64,000 nucleotides of DNA from Eledone cirrhosa (taxonomy: Eukaryota). Positions 12,421 through 26,029 of this stretch are shown in pieces. The notes under the pieces were generated by a model. The model was not told the DNA's origin. It saw only the letters and a list, made by a program, of their open reading frames with translations, and did not search any database. Numbering within the stretch: the stretch's first letter is position 1; the number at the start of each line of letters is the position of its first letter. The position numbers and the translations under genes were made by a program. The stretch spans positions 351,664,001 to 351,728,000 of the forward strand of contig OZ024743.1 of assembly GCA_964016885.1 (NCBI GenBank). The letters are read 5' to 3'.

Positions 12421-14989
12421 TTATATGTGTGTGACAGGAGGAGATAGTGAAACATTGAGAGTATATATAAAGAAATCTCAGATCTGTGATATTGCATGGC
12501 ATTGAGACATAAGAAGGAAAGTGATGAAGAACCACCACAACCATCACTGCTATCTTGGTTGAAGTATAGTTGATAGGAAATGGTTTGACTAGAGTTGTGA
12601 ATATTGAGTCAATAGGTATGGTAAGCTACTATATTGCAATCTCTATGTAATTAATGCCAGCATTTTAAAACAAGGGAAAAACATGAAGTTGATGTTTATA
12701 TACTCATGTTGGCAACATTACAATCGTATTATATAGCAAGTATGCCATCTGATAGTTACTGGATACAGAAATGTTTAAGACAAACCTAAAATACACTAAA
12801 ATCAATGGGATTTCTGCAAATCTTCTTGCCATATTTACTGGATTGCATAAGTTAAAAAACAAACACCAATATCGAGAGAATATTGGTGTTTGTTTTATAT
12901 CAACTGAGCCATAATATGACTGAGGAAAAGATTTATGACAGATGGGGGTAAATGACTTTTTTATACAGCTTACTGCCTTTCAATCTGTTAAATCTTTAGT
13001 TTGCTGATAGAAGGGAGAGATTAGACTGTGTCTCATGAGTAGTTGCTCACCACTACTTCAATCACTGTATGTAGCCTAGTTGAATGACAAGGGCACTAAA
13101 TATGCCTCTTGAAATCCTGTGTCTATTGGCTCCTCAGTGACAAACTGGGGTGAAAAGAATACAAGATTATATGCTAGCAGATACAGCAGCTTCACTGGAG
13201 TGGAAGCTATTTTAAAATTAGGCTAAATGAAGAAAATCTAATATGATTTTCTTGATACACCTTATAAATTCTATATCAGTGGATTAAACTCATACCTATA
13301 AAATTAGTAGACCAGCTCTTCACTGAATCTGTACCTCTCTAATTCTTGAGCCCAGAAGCTCATCGGACCAGAGTTTATCCCAGGATGTTGGGGCATCAAG
13401 TGATCGAAATTACAAGCCACTCCACAAGATACAATACCAGTCCATTGTAATGTTAAAAGCCAGGTACAGTTGGTTTTCAATTGTTTCAGCTGAATGTACT
13501 AGAGCAACATAAAATGAAGTGACCTGCTCAAGGATACATGTTGCTCAGTGGTAAAATTGAACCTACGATCTTTTGATTGTGAGCACAACAGCCTACCACA
13601 AGGCCACATGCTTGTCAAGCAGATTAATTATATGAAATTAGTTTAACCCTAATCAAATGCCACTGGAATATTACAGGAGAATCAGAAGTATCCATACAGC
13701 TGGTGTCAAATGTCTGATTAGATAACAAGAAATTCTGATACATCATCATCATCATGCTAATTTTTTATTAATCTAAGGTCCAGTTACTAATGGATGTAGC
13801 ATAACCAAATGATTAAGAAATTCACTCGTGAGATTCCAGGTTCAAACCCACTGTAAGGCATCTTGGGTAAGTGTCTTTTAGCATAGCCTCGGGTTAACCA
13901 AAACCTTGTGAGTGAATTTGAGTAAAGGGGAACTGTGTGGAAGACTATCAGATGGATTGTGCCTGTAGAAGATCACGCCACCTAGCTTTGACTTTGGAGG
14001 CAGTCGATTAACTGCTCTTAGTTCTGACGTCAGTAGCTGAATACACTAGCTTTTCAACTTTGTGTGTTGATGCGAGCAGACGCATTTCACTGTGGCGAAA
14101 CAGCGATATCACACCATGCGGTCACGGGATATTTGAACACTGCCACGAAATGATAATTACGAATTACCAATCAAGGAGCAACTGATATGATAACCTGTTT
14201 TGTTTATTGCTCTGATTAAAATTTTCATGTACATATAATCTCAAGGTGTTCTTTTTGCTTAATTGTTTACCTACACCTAACAACAAATAGAAGAGATGTC
14301 CTAGCAGCCAAGCTAGGGAAACGAACTCCCCTCTAAATCGTAAAACAACGCAGCCTTCTAAAATGGTGACCATCTCTCCTAAAGAGGTTGACCCCGAACA
14401 TCAAACATTATAAAATGGCAACCTTCCGATAAAACATGTGGTTGAACATTTATAAGCGAAACACTTATATCTTCTAATATGCTATTCTCTGGGCAGTGAA
14501 TATATAACAAAAAACAAAAAAACAAAAACAAAAAAATTATTATCAACATTTTTGAACATTTTTTTTAAGCAGACAAACCAAAAGAGGAAAAAGAATTCTT
14601 ATTTTTTGTAATGGCCGATAATTTTCCTGCCAATTGTCTTTCTTCTCCGAAATGCAGCCATCTGATTGGCTGAGATGCATCACGTGATGCCGTCTTTTCG
14701 CGACCTTAACTGAGCAGCGTGATATGCTGTCGATATATATATTTTTTTTTAGAGTTCCTGCCATGAAGTGATTTGACTTGTTGACTTCGGATTGTTTTTT
14801 ACAATTTCGCCGGATTATTTTCCCTGTTATGGACACTTGAGAACATTTTTTTTTTTTCTGTTCTGCCTTTATGGATGTTGAGGGAAATTTGGGCTGTTTT
14901 CCCGTTTTTCTGAACATCTAAAGAAATGTCTGCATTCTTTTTACGTGAATATCACTTACTTATATACATCCAAGTTGATATAGATTGAC

Positions 14990-17900
14990 AATGAGTGATC
15001 CTAATTTACCTGCTTCTTCAATTTCGAACCCGCGTATTGCTTCCTAACGTGTGAACCAGCCCGTCTCGACATGCGAAGATGCCCTGTTAAAAGCTATTGA
15101 CGCTTTGACGCAGCAAGTCGTTCAGTTATGCAGGGAGAATAGGCCGTATTCCCGGCGGCCTAGGAGTCGTGCGCGTTCTTTCGTGACTCCACGTCAGCAT
15201 ACTTCACCCGCCAGCAATCCATTATTTTGCTGGTATCATGCCACCTTCGCGGATAAGGCAAAACACTGCCGGCCACCGTGTAACTATTCAACTTTGGGAA
15301 ACGCAGACCAGTCACTGAAGGCGCAGCTGATCTCTGTGCTACACACCCAAACCGCCACTTCTTTATTGAAGACCTCCTGTCCGAAAGATCTTTCCTCGTA
15401 GATACAGGAGCCTCCTGCAGCATTCGGTGAACTGTGTTAAAGAAACTCCTCCTGAGTCATCAATGCATCTACAAGCTGTCAATCATTCACCAATCCGAAT
15501 TTTTGGACAGATCTCGTTTCCTCTTCAGTTTCGAAATCTTCGTCGGGATTTCAAATGGGTTTTCACGGTTGCCAACCTGCCATACCTGATTTTGGGCGCA
15601 GACTTCCTGCACCATTTTTCTTTGACGGTGGACGTCCGTCACCAACGCCTAGTCGACGATATTACTGGTTTTTCTCTTTGTGGCAGGACGGCAGAAGTTT
15701 CTACAATTAGCCCAACATTCTTCATCGCTAACTCCGGAAACCCATATCATCGTTTGTTGAAATCGTTCCCGCAACTGACTCATGGAAATTTTAGAGTCAC
15801 TGATCCAAACCACGCCACGGAGCATTTTATTACTACTACTGGTGCTCCAGTTTTTTCGCGTCACCGTCGATTGCCAGTGGACAAACTGAAAGCAGCACGG
15901 TCCAAGTTCGATATGCTACAGCTCGGAATTATTCGTCCTTCCACGAGCCCGTGGGCATCTCCATTACATATGGTGCCAAAATCTTCTGCTGATTGGAGAT
16001 CCACAGGGGATTATAGATGTTTGAACTCGATGACCGTACAGGATCGGTATTCTAACCCTCATCTGCAGGATTTTGCATCCTCGTTGCAAGGTTGTAATAT
16101 TTTTTCGAAACTCGATTTGATACGAGCCTACAACCAGATTCCTGTCAACAGAGACGACATCCCGAAAACGGCTATAACTACGCCATTTGGATCTTTTGAA
16201 TTTCTCACCATGCCTTTCGGGTTAAGAAATGCTGCTAGCACCTTCCAGCGATTTATGGATGAGGTCACTCGCGGCCTCGATTTTGTATACACATATATTG
16301 ATGATCTTGTTGTTGCTAACTCTTCTCCAGAGCAACATTTGCGCCATCTGGACCTTCTATTTTGTCGTTTGAAGGATTACAATGTTCGGATTAATCCATC
16401 AAAATGTGTTTTTGGTTCCGAATCTCTGAATTGTTGGGGCCACGTCATTGACGCTGACGGTATTCGACCTATTGCCTCCAACAACCTCACTCCATCAGTT
16501 GCGCCAATTCTTGGAGCTGATTAATTTTTATAGGCGGTTTGTGCCTAATTGTGCTAAGCTACTCTTCTCTTTGACGGAAATTTTGAAAAATTGCCGAAAG
16601 AAAAATAAAGACATTTCTTTAAATGAAACTTAGCTTGAGGATTGTGAGAATGCGAAAATTGCTCTAGCCAATGCATCTTTGCTGGCTCCCCCAGTCTCCA
16701 ACGCTAAGCTTTCGCTTTGTGTTGATGCGTCGGATACTGCCGTGGGCGCAGTTTTGCAACAAAGTAGGAATGATCAACAGCAAACGTTGGAATTTTCTCC
16801 TGCTGAAACCCGCTACAGCACCTTTGGACGGGAGTTGTTAGCTATATACTTATTGGTGAAGCATTTTTCTCACATGCTTGAAGGAAGAACGTTCACCATC
16901 TTCACGGACCACAAGCCATTGACATTCGCCTTGCAAGCAGAGGCCGACAAATACTCGCCCAGAGAAACTAGACATCTCGACCTCATCTCTCAATTTACTA
17001 ATGATATTCAACATATTCCGGGTTATATGAATACAGCGGCCGACGCCCTGTCTCGTTTGCTGATTGCTTCGATCTCGTCGTCCGATGACATAGATTTGAA
17101 TCGCTTGGCAGCCTTTCAGCCTACCCTCGAATAGTTGGATGTTACATCGTCTGAATTTGTGAATTGCAGGATGAAATACCTACCATTATCGACCGCAGAC
17201 GGACAGATCCTCTGCGACGTCTCTTTGGATGCGCCAGGCCCTTTTGTTCCATTGAACCATCGTCGAACTGTGTTTCTTATTTTACACGGCATTTCACATC
17301 CAGGATCTTCTGCCACAGTAAAACTCATAACGGCTAGATTCTTCTTGCCAAATATGAGACGTGATATTACTCTTTGGTGCCGTTCCTGTGTTGCTTGCCA
17401 GAAATCAAAAGTTCATTGACATATTAAGACTCCTCTAGATACTTTTAGTAACCCGGACGCCCGGTTTCGCCACATTCATGTGGACATTGTGGGACCTTGG
17501 CCAATCTGCGGTGGTCATAATTACATATTCACTGTTATCGATCGTTTTTCGCGATGGCCTGAAGCCATCCTCCTGAAAGATATCACTGCTGAGACGACAG
17601 CGTGTGCCCTTGTCTGGATGGATCGCTCGATATGAAGTGCCAACGTCAATTACCACGGACAGTGGAAGGCAGTTTGAATCCAATCTCTTCCATGAATTAA
17701 CGAAAATCATCGGCGCTAAACGCATCCGAACGACTGCATATCATCCTGCCTCTAATGGAATGGTGGAGCGTTTCCACCGACAACTAAAAGCCGCTCTACG
17801 AACTTCTCTTGACTCTACGCGTTAGAGCGAGTACCACCCTATTGTGTTGTTGGGGATTCGGTCAACAATAAAGGAGGACCTTGTGTTCTTCCCGGCCGAA

Positions 17901-18310
17901 TTATTATATGGTGCTCCTCTAGCGTTACCTGGGAAAATGCTTCCCCCTGTTGATCTTGCTGCACAAGATCCGCTTTCCTACGTATCTCGTCTGCGTTCTT
18001 ATTTTCAGGACCTGCCGCCTATGGATACGAGGAAGAAAACTGTAAAATCTGAAGTCCCGAGGGATATTGCCTCGTGAACCCATGTGTTTGTGAAAAACGA
18101 TGCTGTGAGACCACCTCTCACACAACCATACTTTGGACCCTACCGTGTATAAGTTCGTTCCGAGAAACATTTCATTGTAGACATTAAGGGTTCCAGGGAG
18201 ACAGTTCCTATTGATAGACGCTATCACACCTGAGCCACAAATGCCCCCGTCTTTTTTTTTCGCACACACACCTGCTTCTTCGTCCCCCCCTGTAGCCTTG
18301 TCATCCACTC
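14990..18310 (+). mobile_element. Degenerate Ty3/Gypsy LTR retrotransposon internal region, CsRN1-like
   Basis: Gag CHCC motif CWYH..F...A..C..PC; protease FLVDTGAS; [12 protein letters not shown] and YIDD; RNase H DAS; integrase HHCC and DDE core, GPY motif; many stops and frameshifts; no LTR pair recognised. Confidence 0.93.
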
Positions 18311-18714
18311 ATCATCAAAACTAGTTATCTCTGCTGAATATCTTACTGATTAGAATGTTGGGCTCCCAATTGTGAGGTTGTGAATTCGATAGCTGGATCA
18401 GGTGGTATGTTGTACTTGAATAAGAGAATATATTTCACTTTGCTCCAGTTCAGTCAGCTGGAAAAAATTAGACAACAATACCTTAACTTCAGTATGAGTG
18501 GCCAGTTGGGGCCAGTTTTAACAGAAAGAGGCTAGAGAATTCTGGTTGGATACAGCTGGTTTAAATGCTAAAGGGTTAATTTACTTAACTATTTAACTTC
18601 CTAGTGTAGTTCTGGCTTCGATAGGGAGTCTGTGGAAAATATGAGAGAGAAAGCTCCCTTTAAGATGGCTATTGATCATGGTAAATGTGACTGAGAAGTG
18701 CAGAAATGATAGTT

Positions 18715-18915
18715 TTTAATATTGCTACAAGGCCAGCAATTTTGGGGTGGGAAACAAAGTCAATTTTAGCGACCCAAGTATTTAACAGATATTTTATCAA
18801 CTTCAGAAGGATGAAAGGCAAAGTTGACCTTGGTAGGATTTGAACTCAGAATATAAAGAGACAGAACAAAAACTCCTAAGCCTTTGTTTGATGTTCTAAT
18901 ACCTCTGCCACCGAG
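18715..18915 (-). mobile_element. SINE family A copy
   Basis: Reverse complement of the family A core (AAGGATGAAAGGC..GGATTTGAACTCAG). Confidence 0.65.
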
Positions 18916-19192
18916 AAGTGCAGAAATATTGGATCAGTGCTATCATTAGGCCAAGTCAGCAGCCTTGGGTACAAACCAGCGAGGGGCACTGAACTGACCA
19001 GTGTTTTTGAAAATTAAAGATAGCAAGTATGTGTGCATGCATATGAAGGTGGAAGTAGTTGTCTTTGCCTAGAGTGCAAAATAGTCTAGTACCAGCCCTA
19101 ACAAGCTGGCAACAATCTGGGTAGGGGCGAGAAGAAGATGGAGACACTTGTAGATAAAACATTTATCTAGATATGTTATATGTACCCCTTAC

Positions 19193-19268
19193 CACTGAGA
19201 TGGACTTCTAACAGATTCTGCTGAACACTTTTGTCTTTCTTCACATCTTTCAAGGCATTCTTCAATAA
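19193..19268 (-). CDS. ORC4: ORC4 coding exon 3
   Basis: 76-nt exon (aaacag / gtaagg) encoding LLKNALKDVKKDKSVQQNLLEVHLS; phases match both neighbours. Confidence 0.92.
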
Positions 19269-19449
19269 CTGTTTGGAAAACACACAACCATATTAATTTT
19301 TAATATTGGCAAAAGATCATAAATTTTGTGGAGAGAGAAGGGCAGAAGGAGGGGGTTAAAAGGAACATGTAGTGAGTATAGGTTAGATGTAGAATGAGTT
19401 CAGAGAAACAGGGGTTATTCTAATAGCATTGGCAGAAACAGCAGGATAA

Positions 19450-19660
19450 TAATTGTTTCTACTTTAGGCACAAGGCCAGCAATTTGAAGGAAAGGGGAAA
19501 GTCGATTTAATCGACCCCAGTGCATTACGGATGCTTTATTTTATCAACCTCGTAAGGATGAAAGGCGGGATTTGAAGTCAGAACATAAAGGGCCATAACT
19601 CTATGGTGCAAAGCATAGTATCTTGCGCTCTATCAATACTTCCAATCCACCGCCCTAAGG
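19450..19660 (-). mobile_element. SINE family A copy
   Basis: Same core as the copies at 20870-21040 and 42250-42430. Confidence 0.65.
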
Positions 19661-21125
19661 CCGAAAATAGCAGGATAATAATACAGCACAATGAGATGGG
19701 GAGTGGGGAAGGTCAGTATTGGTAGATGGGCGTTGTCATCATCATCATCATCATCAATATTTGGCATCTATTTTCCATTTTTGCATCGGTTAAACATGTT
19801 ATGAGGCTAGCCAGATCAGGTGACCATGTCTTGCTCATACAGATCTGTTATTGGCTTGGTTTCTATGGCTAGATGCTCTTCCTATTGCCAACCACATTAC
19901 AGCATGTAGTGGGAGCTTTTTCTGTGGCACCATCACTACCACTTTATAAAGTGGAGTCATAGCTTTTTATCATGTCACTAGAACACCCACCTAACAAGGT
20001 GTGTATATATAAAAATATGAAAAACATTTTGAAAGTTTCAAGGCGTTTTTTAAGAACCAGTGTTTAGCACTAATTTTAAAATATTAGGTGGATGAGAGAT
20101 GAATCTTTCGGTGGCTAGGATGCCAGTCTACTACATGTAATCTCCTAAATATCAAAATCTCATAGATTCGATATTATGAGATAATTTACTACGAAAATAC
20201 AATAGTAAATATAGAGTAATGTAAATGCTAAAGGGTTACCAAGTAAACTTCAAAATTTTACCAAGTAAACTTCAAAATTTTACTAAGTAAACTGATGGTG
20301 TACAAAGTCTTCTCTAGTGCAGATAGATTTTCTCAGTGTTGGATTATATTCATGATTGTGTGTGTTGTAGGCACATAGCTACATCAGCAATCAATATCAA
20401 CCATCAATTTACATTCACATTTCATGCTGGCATGGGTTGGACATGTTTTTATTTGGAGTTACTGCCCTCTTAGACAAATCAGGGACGAAACCTCACTCAT
20501 ACATTCCACTTTGGCATGATTTCTACATCTAGATGACTTTCCTAAGTCCAACAACTTTACAGAGTATATTGAGTGCATTATATTATGGTACCAGCACTAA
20601 AGAGCTTATGTCCTCAACTAGCAGATTTGCACTTAGGAAAGAGTTGGTGTTGCAGAAGAAAACTAGCCTCTGGAACATTGTATTGGTTATTTGAAATATG
20701 TATGGCTTACATAACACATTGTCAAAGATTGATAGATCTGGTATTGATAGGGAATATTTGATGACTCTACAAACACATGTGATTTTTGCAGATGATGTGG
20801 ATAACAGTAATGAGGGTGATGACAATAAGGATGATGATGATGATCTTGATTAATTACTACTGATGAAACAATAATTGTTTCTACTTTTGGCACAAGGCCA
20901 GGAACTATCCCAGTACATTACTGGTACTTTATTTTATCAACCCTGTAAGGATGAAAAGCAAAGTTAACCTTGGCAGGATTTGAACCCAGACTGTAAAAGG
21001 CCGTAACTCTATGCTTCAAAGCATGGCATCTGCCCCTTATTGATGAAACAATAATGTTGATGAAAACAATGACAATAATAACAATGGAATAATGAACCAA
21101 AGTGATGACACACGTCATTACTTAC

Positions 21126-21216
21126 CATAGTTTTACCAATACCACAAGATCCAATCAAGAGAACTGAGTTACTTTCACCAGAGTGGACAACCCGTTTCAC
21201 TAAGTCAATGATCTGC
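21126..21216 (-). CDS. ORC4: ORC4 coding exon 2 (Walker A)
   Basis: 91-nt exon (ttcag / gtaagt) encoding QIIDLVKRVVHSGESNSVLLIGSCGIGKTM, with the ORC4 signature GESNS plus a P-loop. Confidence 0.95.
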
Positions 21217-21389
21217 CTGAACACAAATATTAAACATCAGTCATTAGTCATGCTAGATGTTAGTAGTAATACTAGCTTAAATATAACATTAGTAATGTGG
21301 AAAGTGATATATAAGAGAAGGCTAAGACAATGCAAAATGGATGGTAAAATGACGGCAATGTCAAAGTTAGTTACCTGGTAATCTTTTTT

Positions 21390-22495
21390 TTTTCGTCCTA
21401 ATATTTCGGGACTTAAAATTCCCTTCGTCAGAGGGAACTCTTAGAGCAAAATCTTCCGGACACTTTGAAATTAGATTTAAATTTTAAATTTATAAACCGC
21501 TTTCAAATGTTGTTTGCCGTTTGCTGTAGTACCCACGAGAAGCAGGAGGATGACGTCAGTTGCTGTATGTATTATCTCATGGAAGCAAATTTCTTGTGTA
21601 AATTGTTTAGGTTGCGTGTGTGTGCATGTGGGTGTGTCCCTTTATGTCAAGTATTGTGTGCTGAGTTTCATTCTGTTATTAATTTGTGGGTTGGGTCTAT
21701 GTATAAGCAAAGCTTCCTTTATTCTCAAGTTGCCCACATTTCTCTCTCTAGCTTCAATATTAACTGTTATGTTTTTGTTGGCGTTTCTGCATTTGTCAAT
21801 TGAATGAGGATGCATGTGTGTTGAGGTGTTCTTTAATGCAGGTGTGAAGTGCTCGAGTCATGCTACCAATGTAGAACTCCTTACATTCGTTGCATTCAAT
21901 CCGGTATACCACATGTGTCCGCTGTCACATACCTGTTGCGGATAGGGCAGTTAGTCAGCATTGATTGTTGTTGTCTCTGGATTGCTTTTTAGATAGGTGT
22001 CCTCACAGTGAAGGGCTGGAATGAGCTAATTGTATGTCCAGTCTTTCCTTGCGAATGTCTCTGTGGATATGTTTTCTCTGAAGTGTGGTACTTTCATGAA
22101 GTAGTGTTAGATCTTATGTCTACAGCGCCTTCGATTCCTAAGGCAATCCACTGTGGATGTTGGATATCCATTTGTCTTCAGTACATCCACGAAGTGTACA
22201 GTGAGAGTGATCTGGTCCTCTGTCTTACTACATTTATTGCAGATACATTTAAGTTCATTTCTGATGTATCCGGTTTTAGCACCAAGGTGAAGGGCTAACT
22301 TATAATGCATAAACAGCTCTCTGCTGGTGGCTTTTCTATAGAAGTTAGTGTATACATTGCCTTCTGTTATTCAAAGCTGGAAGTCCAACAGGGACAGGAA
22401 CCATTCTTATTGGGGTGTTCTATAGTGAATCTTATGTTGTTATCCATATTTGAGAATGTCAGAGATATTATGTCAACCTCTTCATGGGATGATTA
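21390..22495 (-). mobile_element. 5'-truncated Penelope-like element (RT C-terminus plus GIY-YIG endonuclease)
   Basis: Manual translation gives NIRFTIEH..FYRKAT..LFMHY, LKTNGYP, VVYRIECNECKEFYIGS and IKEALLI..PQIN. Confidence 0.88.
21395..21438 (-). ncRNA. Minimal hammerhead ribozyme-like motif at a PLE 3' end
   Basis: Minus strand reads CCT-CTGACGA-A-GGGA(attttaag)TCCC-GAAA-TATT-AGG: intact core, 4-bp stem II, palindromic stem III, short stem I. Confidence 0.6.
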
Positions 22496-22589
22496 GTCTT
22501 TAGTTAAGCTAGATGTTTAAAGTAATACAGGCTTAAATATAACATTAGTGATTAGTTAAGCTAGAAATAGCAGCCAAACAGACACTATC

Positions 22590-24290
22590 ATCATCATCAC
22601 CATTTTACATCCATCTTTGGCTGGATGGATCTTCTCCAGCATAACCCTTCTTCTTCTGTTGCATTCCTTCATCATCTTTTCTGTGAGGGTCAGTGATTTG
22701 AGATCAGTTCTTACTACTTCAGACCAAGTTTTCCTCTTCTGCAGCTTCTTTCTATTGGGATCACTCGGTACTTCTTCATGCAACAATCATCATCCACACA
22801 CATTACATGTCCATACCAGCACTGCACACTAGCATTATACATCCATCAGAACATGCTTGATTTATTTCTGCCCAGTTATCATATATCTTCTGCATTCATT
22901 ACCCACATTTCACTGCCATGCAGCCTTGTGCTTTGCACCCAAGCATCATACAATCTGTTCTTTGTTCTGAAAGAAAATACTTTTGTTGTCGACATTGGCA
23001 ACAACTGTCTGAAATTTTTACATCCTGTTTTTATTCTGGCTACTAAGCTTTCAAAACAACCTCCTCCACTGCTAATTTGGTCACCAAAGTAAAAAAAAAA
23101 AGCTATTAGACTCTTCTATGGAACCTTCCCCAGATTGAAAACAAATTATTTCACTGATGTTATTATATATTACCAACTCTCACTATGCACCTATACAAAG
23201 GCTACGTTTTCTGTTAGCCTGCCAGCTCTCCCACTACATTCTTCTATACCCATATAGGACTTAGCCCTGATGAATACCTACCTGCACATTGAATTCCTCA
23301 CTAAACTCATTACCTATTTTTACTATACTGACAACCTCTGTACATGGCTTGCACACTCTCACACAAGCCACTCACTTTTACCCAGTTTGTTTAATTACCA
23401 CCAGATACCATATCATGGTACTCTATCAAAGGCCTTCTCAAGATCTACACTTAACTATGAAAAGGTCATCAGTGGTGCTCCTTCATGGTACAAAACCCAA
23501 CTGCATCTCATTTAATTTAACTCTTTCTCTAATTAGTTATGCTAAAATTCTGTCACTTTCATAACTTGATCCATCAGTTTTATGCCTCTGAAGTTACTCT
23601 TTTCTAGAGCATCACCTTTTCCTTTGCAACAATTAATGATTATACTGCTACACCAGTCATTGGATATGACTCCATCTTATATTACCTGACTGACTACACG
23701 AGCGACTAATTCCACTCTTACTTCAGATGATTTCAGCATCTCAGCAACTATTTCTAATGGTCCAACAGCTTTTCCATTTTATCTCCTTCATTGCTTCTTT
23801 GACCCTATTACTGTTACCTTTGATAGCCAGTCTCTTTGTTGAACCTATTGAGGGTAGTCTCTCTTCCTTTCACTCATTCTCCACATTCATCTCATAATAA
23901 CACTTCTAGGCTTCTTTCTTCTGAGTATCAGTGAGATTAAGTGAGTCAGTGTCATTCCAAACACAATTTTCCCCAACGTCCTAATTCACACTAACACACA
24001 GCTTTGCAATGCAGAACACACATTACCTTTGATTTTAATGCCACAGCACATTGGCAAACCTCCTGCATTCAGCTTCTCTACATGCTGCGTAACCCTGTTG
24101 TCAAGCTCCTCTTTTGGCTTCTTGATATTATTATTCGCCGTCTCCATTTTCCCAGTTTTTCCATGGCTGTCTCTTAGCTTTAATGGCCCTATCTACAATG
24201 TATTCCCACCACCAGGCTATCTGTCATCATTTGCAGAATCGTAAATATCTTTACTCTAGGAACATAATCCCTGCAAATACCTGGGGACAA
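22590..24290 (-). mobile_element. Old, heavily decayed RTE LINE
   Basis: Remnants of RT and C-terminal motifs (KTWSEVV, GWKNFRQL, LEKAFDRV) with many disruptions. Confidence 0.75.
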
Positions 24291-24449
24291 CTGTATGTGT
24301 GTATGTGTTTCTACCATACTATTTCATTATAATATCATTATAATTTTAAAGGATTGTAAATAAAACGAGTAAATCAGACAAAGTTGGAATTCCTTTTATT
24401 AATATAATCTTCTATACACAATCATACACACCAGTGTGTGTGTGTATAT

Positions 24450-24782
24450 GGAGGCACATGGCTTAGTGGTTAGAGCATTGGCCTTGCAATCGAAAGGGTG
24501 TGAGTTCAATTCTCAGACTGGGTGATGTGTTGTTTCCTTGAGCAAGACACTTTATTTCACATTGCTCTAGTTTACTCAGCTGTAGAAATGAAATGATAGG
24601 GACTGAGATCCATATCATTCTACTGCAAAGTGGTCGTGGAGTTGCCACGGCAAAAAAAGCACCCAGCACTCACTGTAAATGAAGTTGGTGTTAGAAAGGG
24701 CATCCAACTGTAGAAATCAAGCCAGAATCAGTTCCCATCCCACCCTTGCACGCAGGGAAAAGCAAACATAAAATGATGATGA

Positions 24783-24785
<3 letters not shown>
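24450..24785 (+). mobile_element. tRNA-headed SINE family B with RTE-derived 3' tail
   Basis: A-box TGGCTTAGTGG, B-box GAGTTCAATTC, body TCCTTGAGCAAGACAC, tail GGTTGGTGTTAG.AAGGGCATCC and (GAT)n. Confidence 0.85.
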
Positions 24786-24816
<31 letters not shown>

Positions 24817-25099
24817 CAAGCTACACTATTTCTATCTCTCTATTCCTTTTCAGTGAAAGCACTTTGATTTATAGCATATTTTTTTCTTTTTCCTTTTTAT
24901 TTGTGTAATTTGTTAGAAGGCAGAACTTCTCCTGTATTTATCTGTTTTGTTGCATTCTAATGTGCTCAGGAATGAATAGTATCAACCATGATGCACTGAA
25001 ACTATAGTAATTTCCAAATGTTGACTGAGAAGAATGGATAGTCTGATTTTCCATAGTATGTGTCCTTTGTGCCCCCTCCCACATTATATATATATATAT

Positions 25100-25512
25100 C
25101 GTAGGCACCTCTTAACCAAATATACACCCCACCCCACTACCCCATCCTCCCACTTCTACCCTCACCAACCTTTCTTTGTAAAGTTATGTTGGTACCACAG
25201 AACATCAAGTCTACACGGTAAAGTGGTCATGTAGATGTCACGACAAAAAGAACTTAGTCCACACTGTAAAGTAGTCATGTAGAAGACACGGTAAAAAGGC
25301 TCCTAGTCCACACTGTAAAGTAGGCATGTAGAAGACACGGTAAAAAGGCTCCTAGTCCACACTGTAAATGTGGTTGGTGTTAGGAAGGGCATCCAACAGT
25401 AGAAAACCTGCCAGATACAGTGCTATACGAGCGAGACATGGTCACCCAACCAATCTTGGCTCAAGTCTAACCCATGCTAGCATGGAAGATGGACGTTAAA
25501 CGATGATGATGA
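25100..25512 (+). mobile_element. Solo RTE 3' UTR fragment
   Basis: Matches the R1 3' UTR with extra tandem 45-50-nt hairpin modules and a GAT tail. Confidence 0.8.
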
Positions 25513-26029
25513 TATATATATATATATACACATATATACATATACATACACACATATATAACATCAGTAGCAAACTCATTTTAGCCAGAATGCATAAAAA
25601 CTGTTGCTTCTTTTTATATATATTATTATCATATTGTCATAATGTCATGGATTTGATTCTTGGACCGAGTTGTGTGTTGTGTTCTTGAGCAAAACACTTC
25701 ATTTCGGGTTGCTCAAATATACTTAGCTGAAAATTAATACCAGCTGCAGCTGGAGGCTTAACCCTATGATGTACACACATCCTGTCTATGCGGGAAACTG
25801 CCAAGGAAGCCAGGATAAGCCTTCAAGCATGACAGAGACTTTAGACTTTTTTAACTTTTTTTATAATTTTATGTAAGAATATTTTAAATCATGTTCCAAA
25901 CAACATCTCAATAATGAAAAAAAGTTTTAATCTCACTAAAAAAAAATCCATCCAAAATTTTGATTATTTTCAAAATTATGATCAATTGAGAGTTAAACAA
26001 CTGAAATAGCAATCAGAAATTAAATTTAC

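Noticed and set aside
13960-14100. Candidate 5' LTR of the Gypsy element
   Set aside because: No matching copy found downstream of 18310.
24450-24525. tRNA-like sequence (also at about 39145 and 39905)
   Set aside because: The cloverleaf stems do not close, and in the full copies it runs into a SINE body; it is a SINE head, not a tRNA gene.
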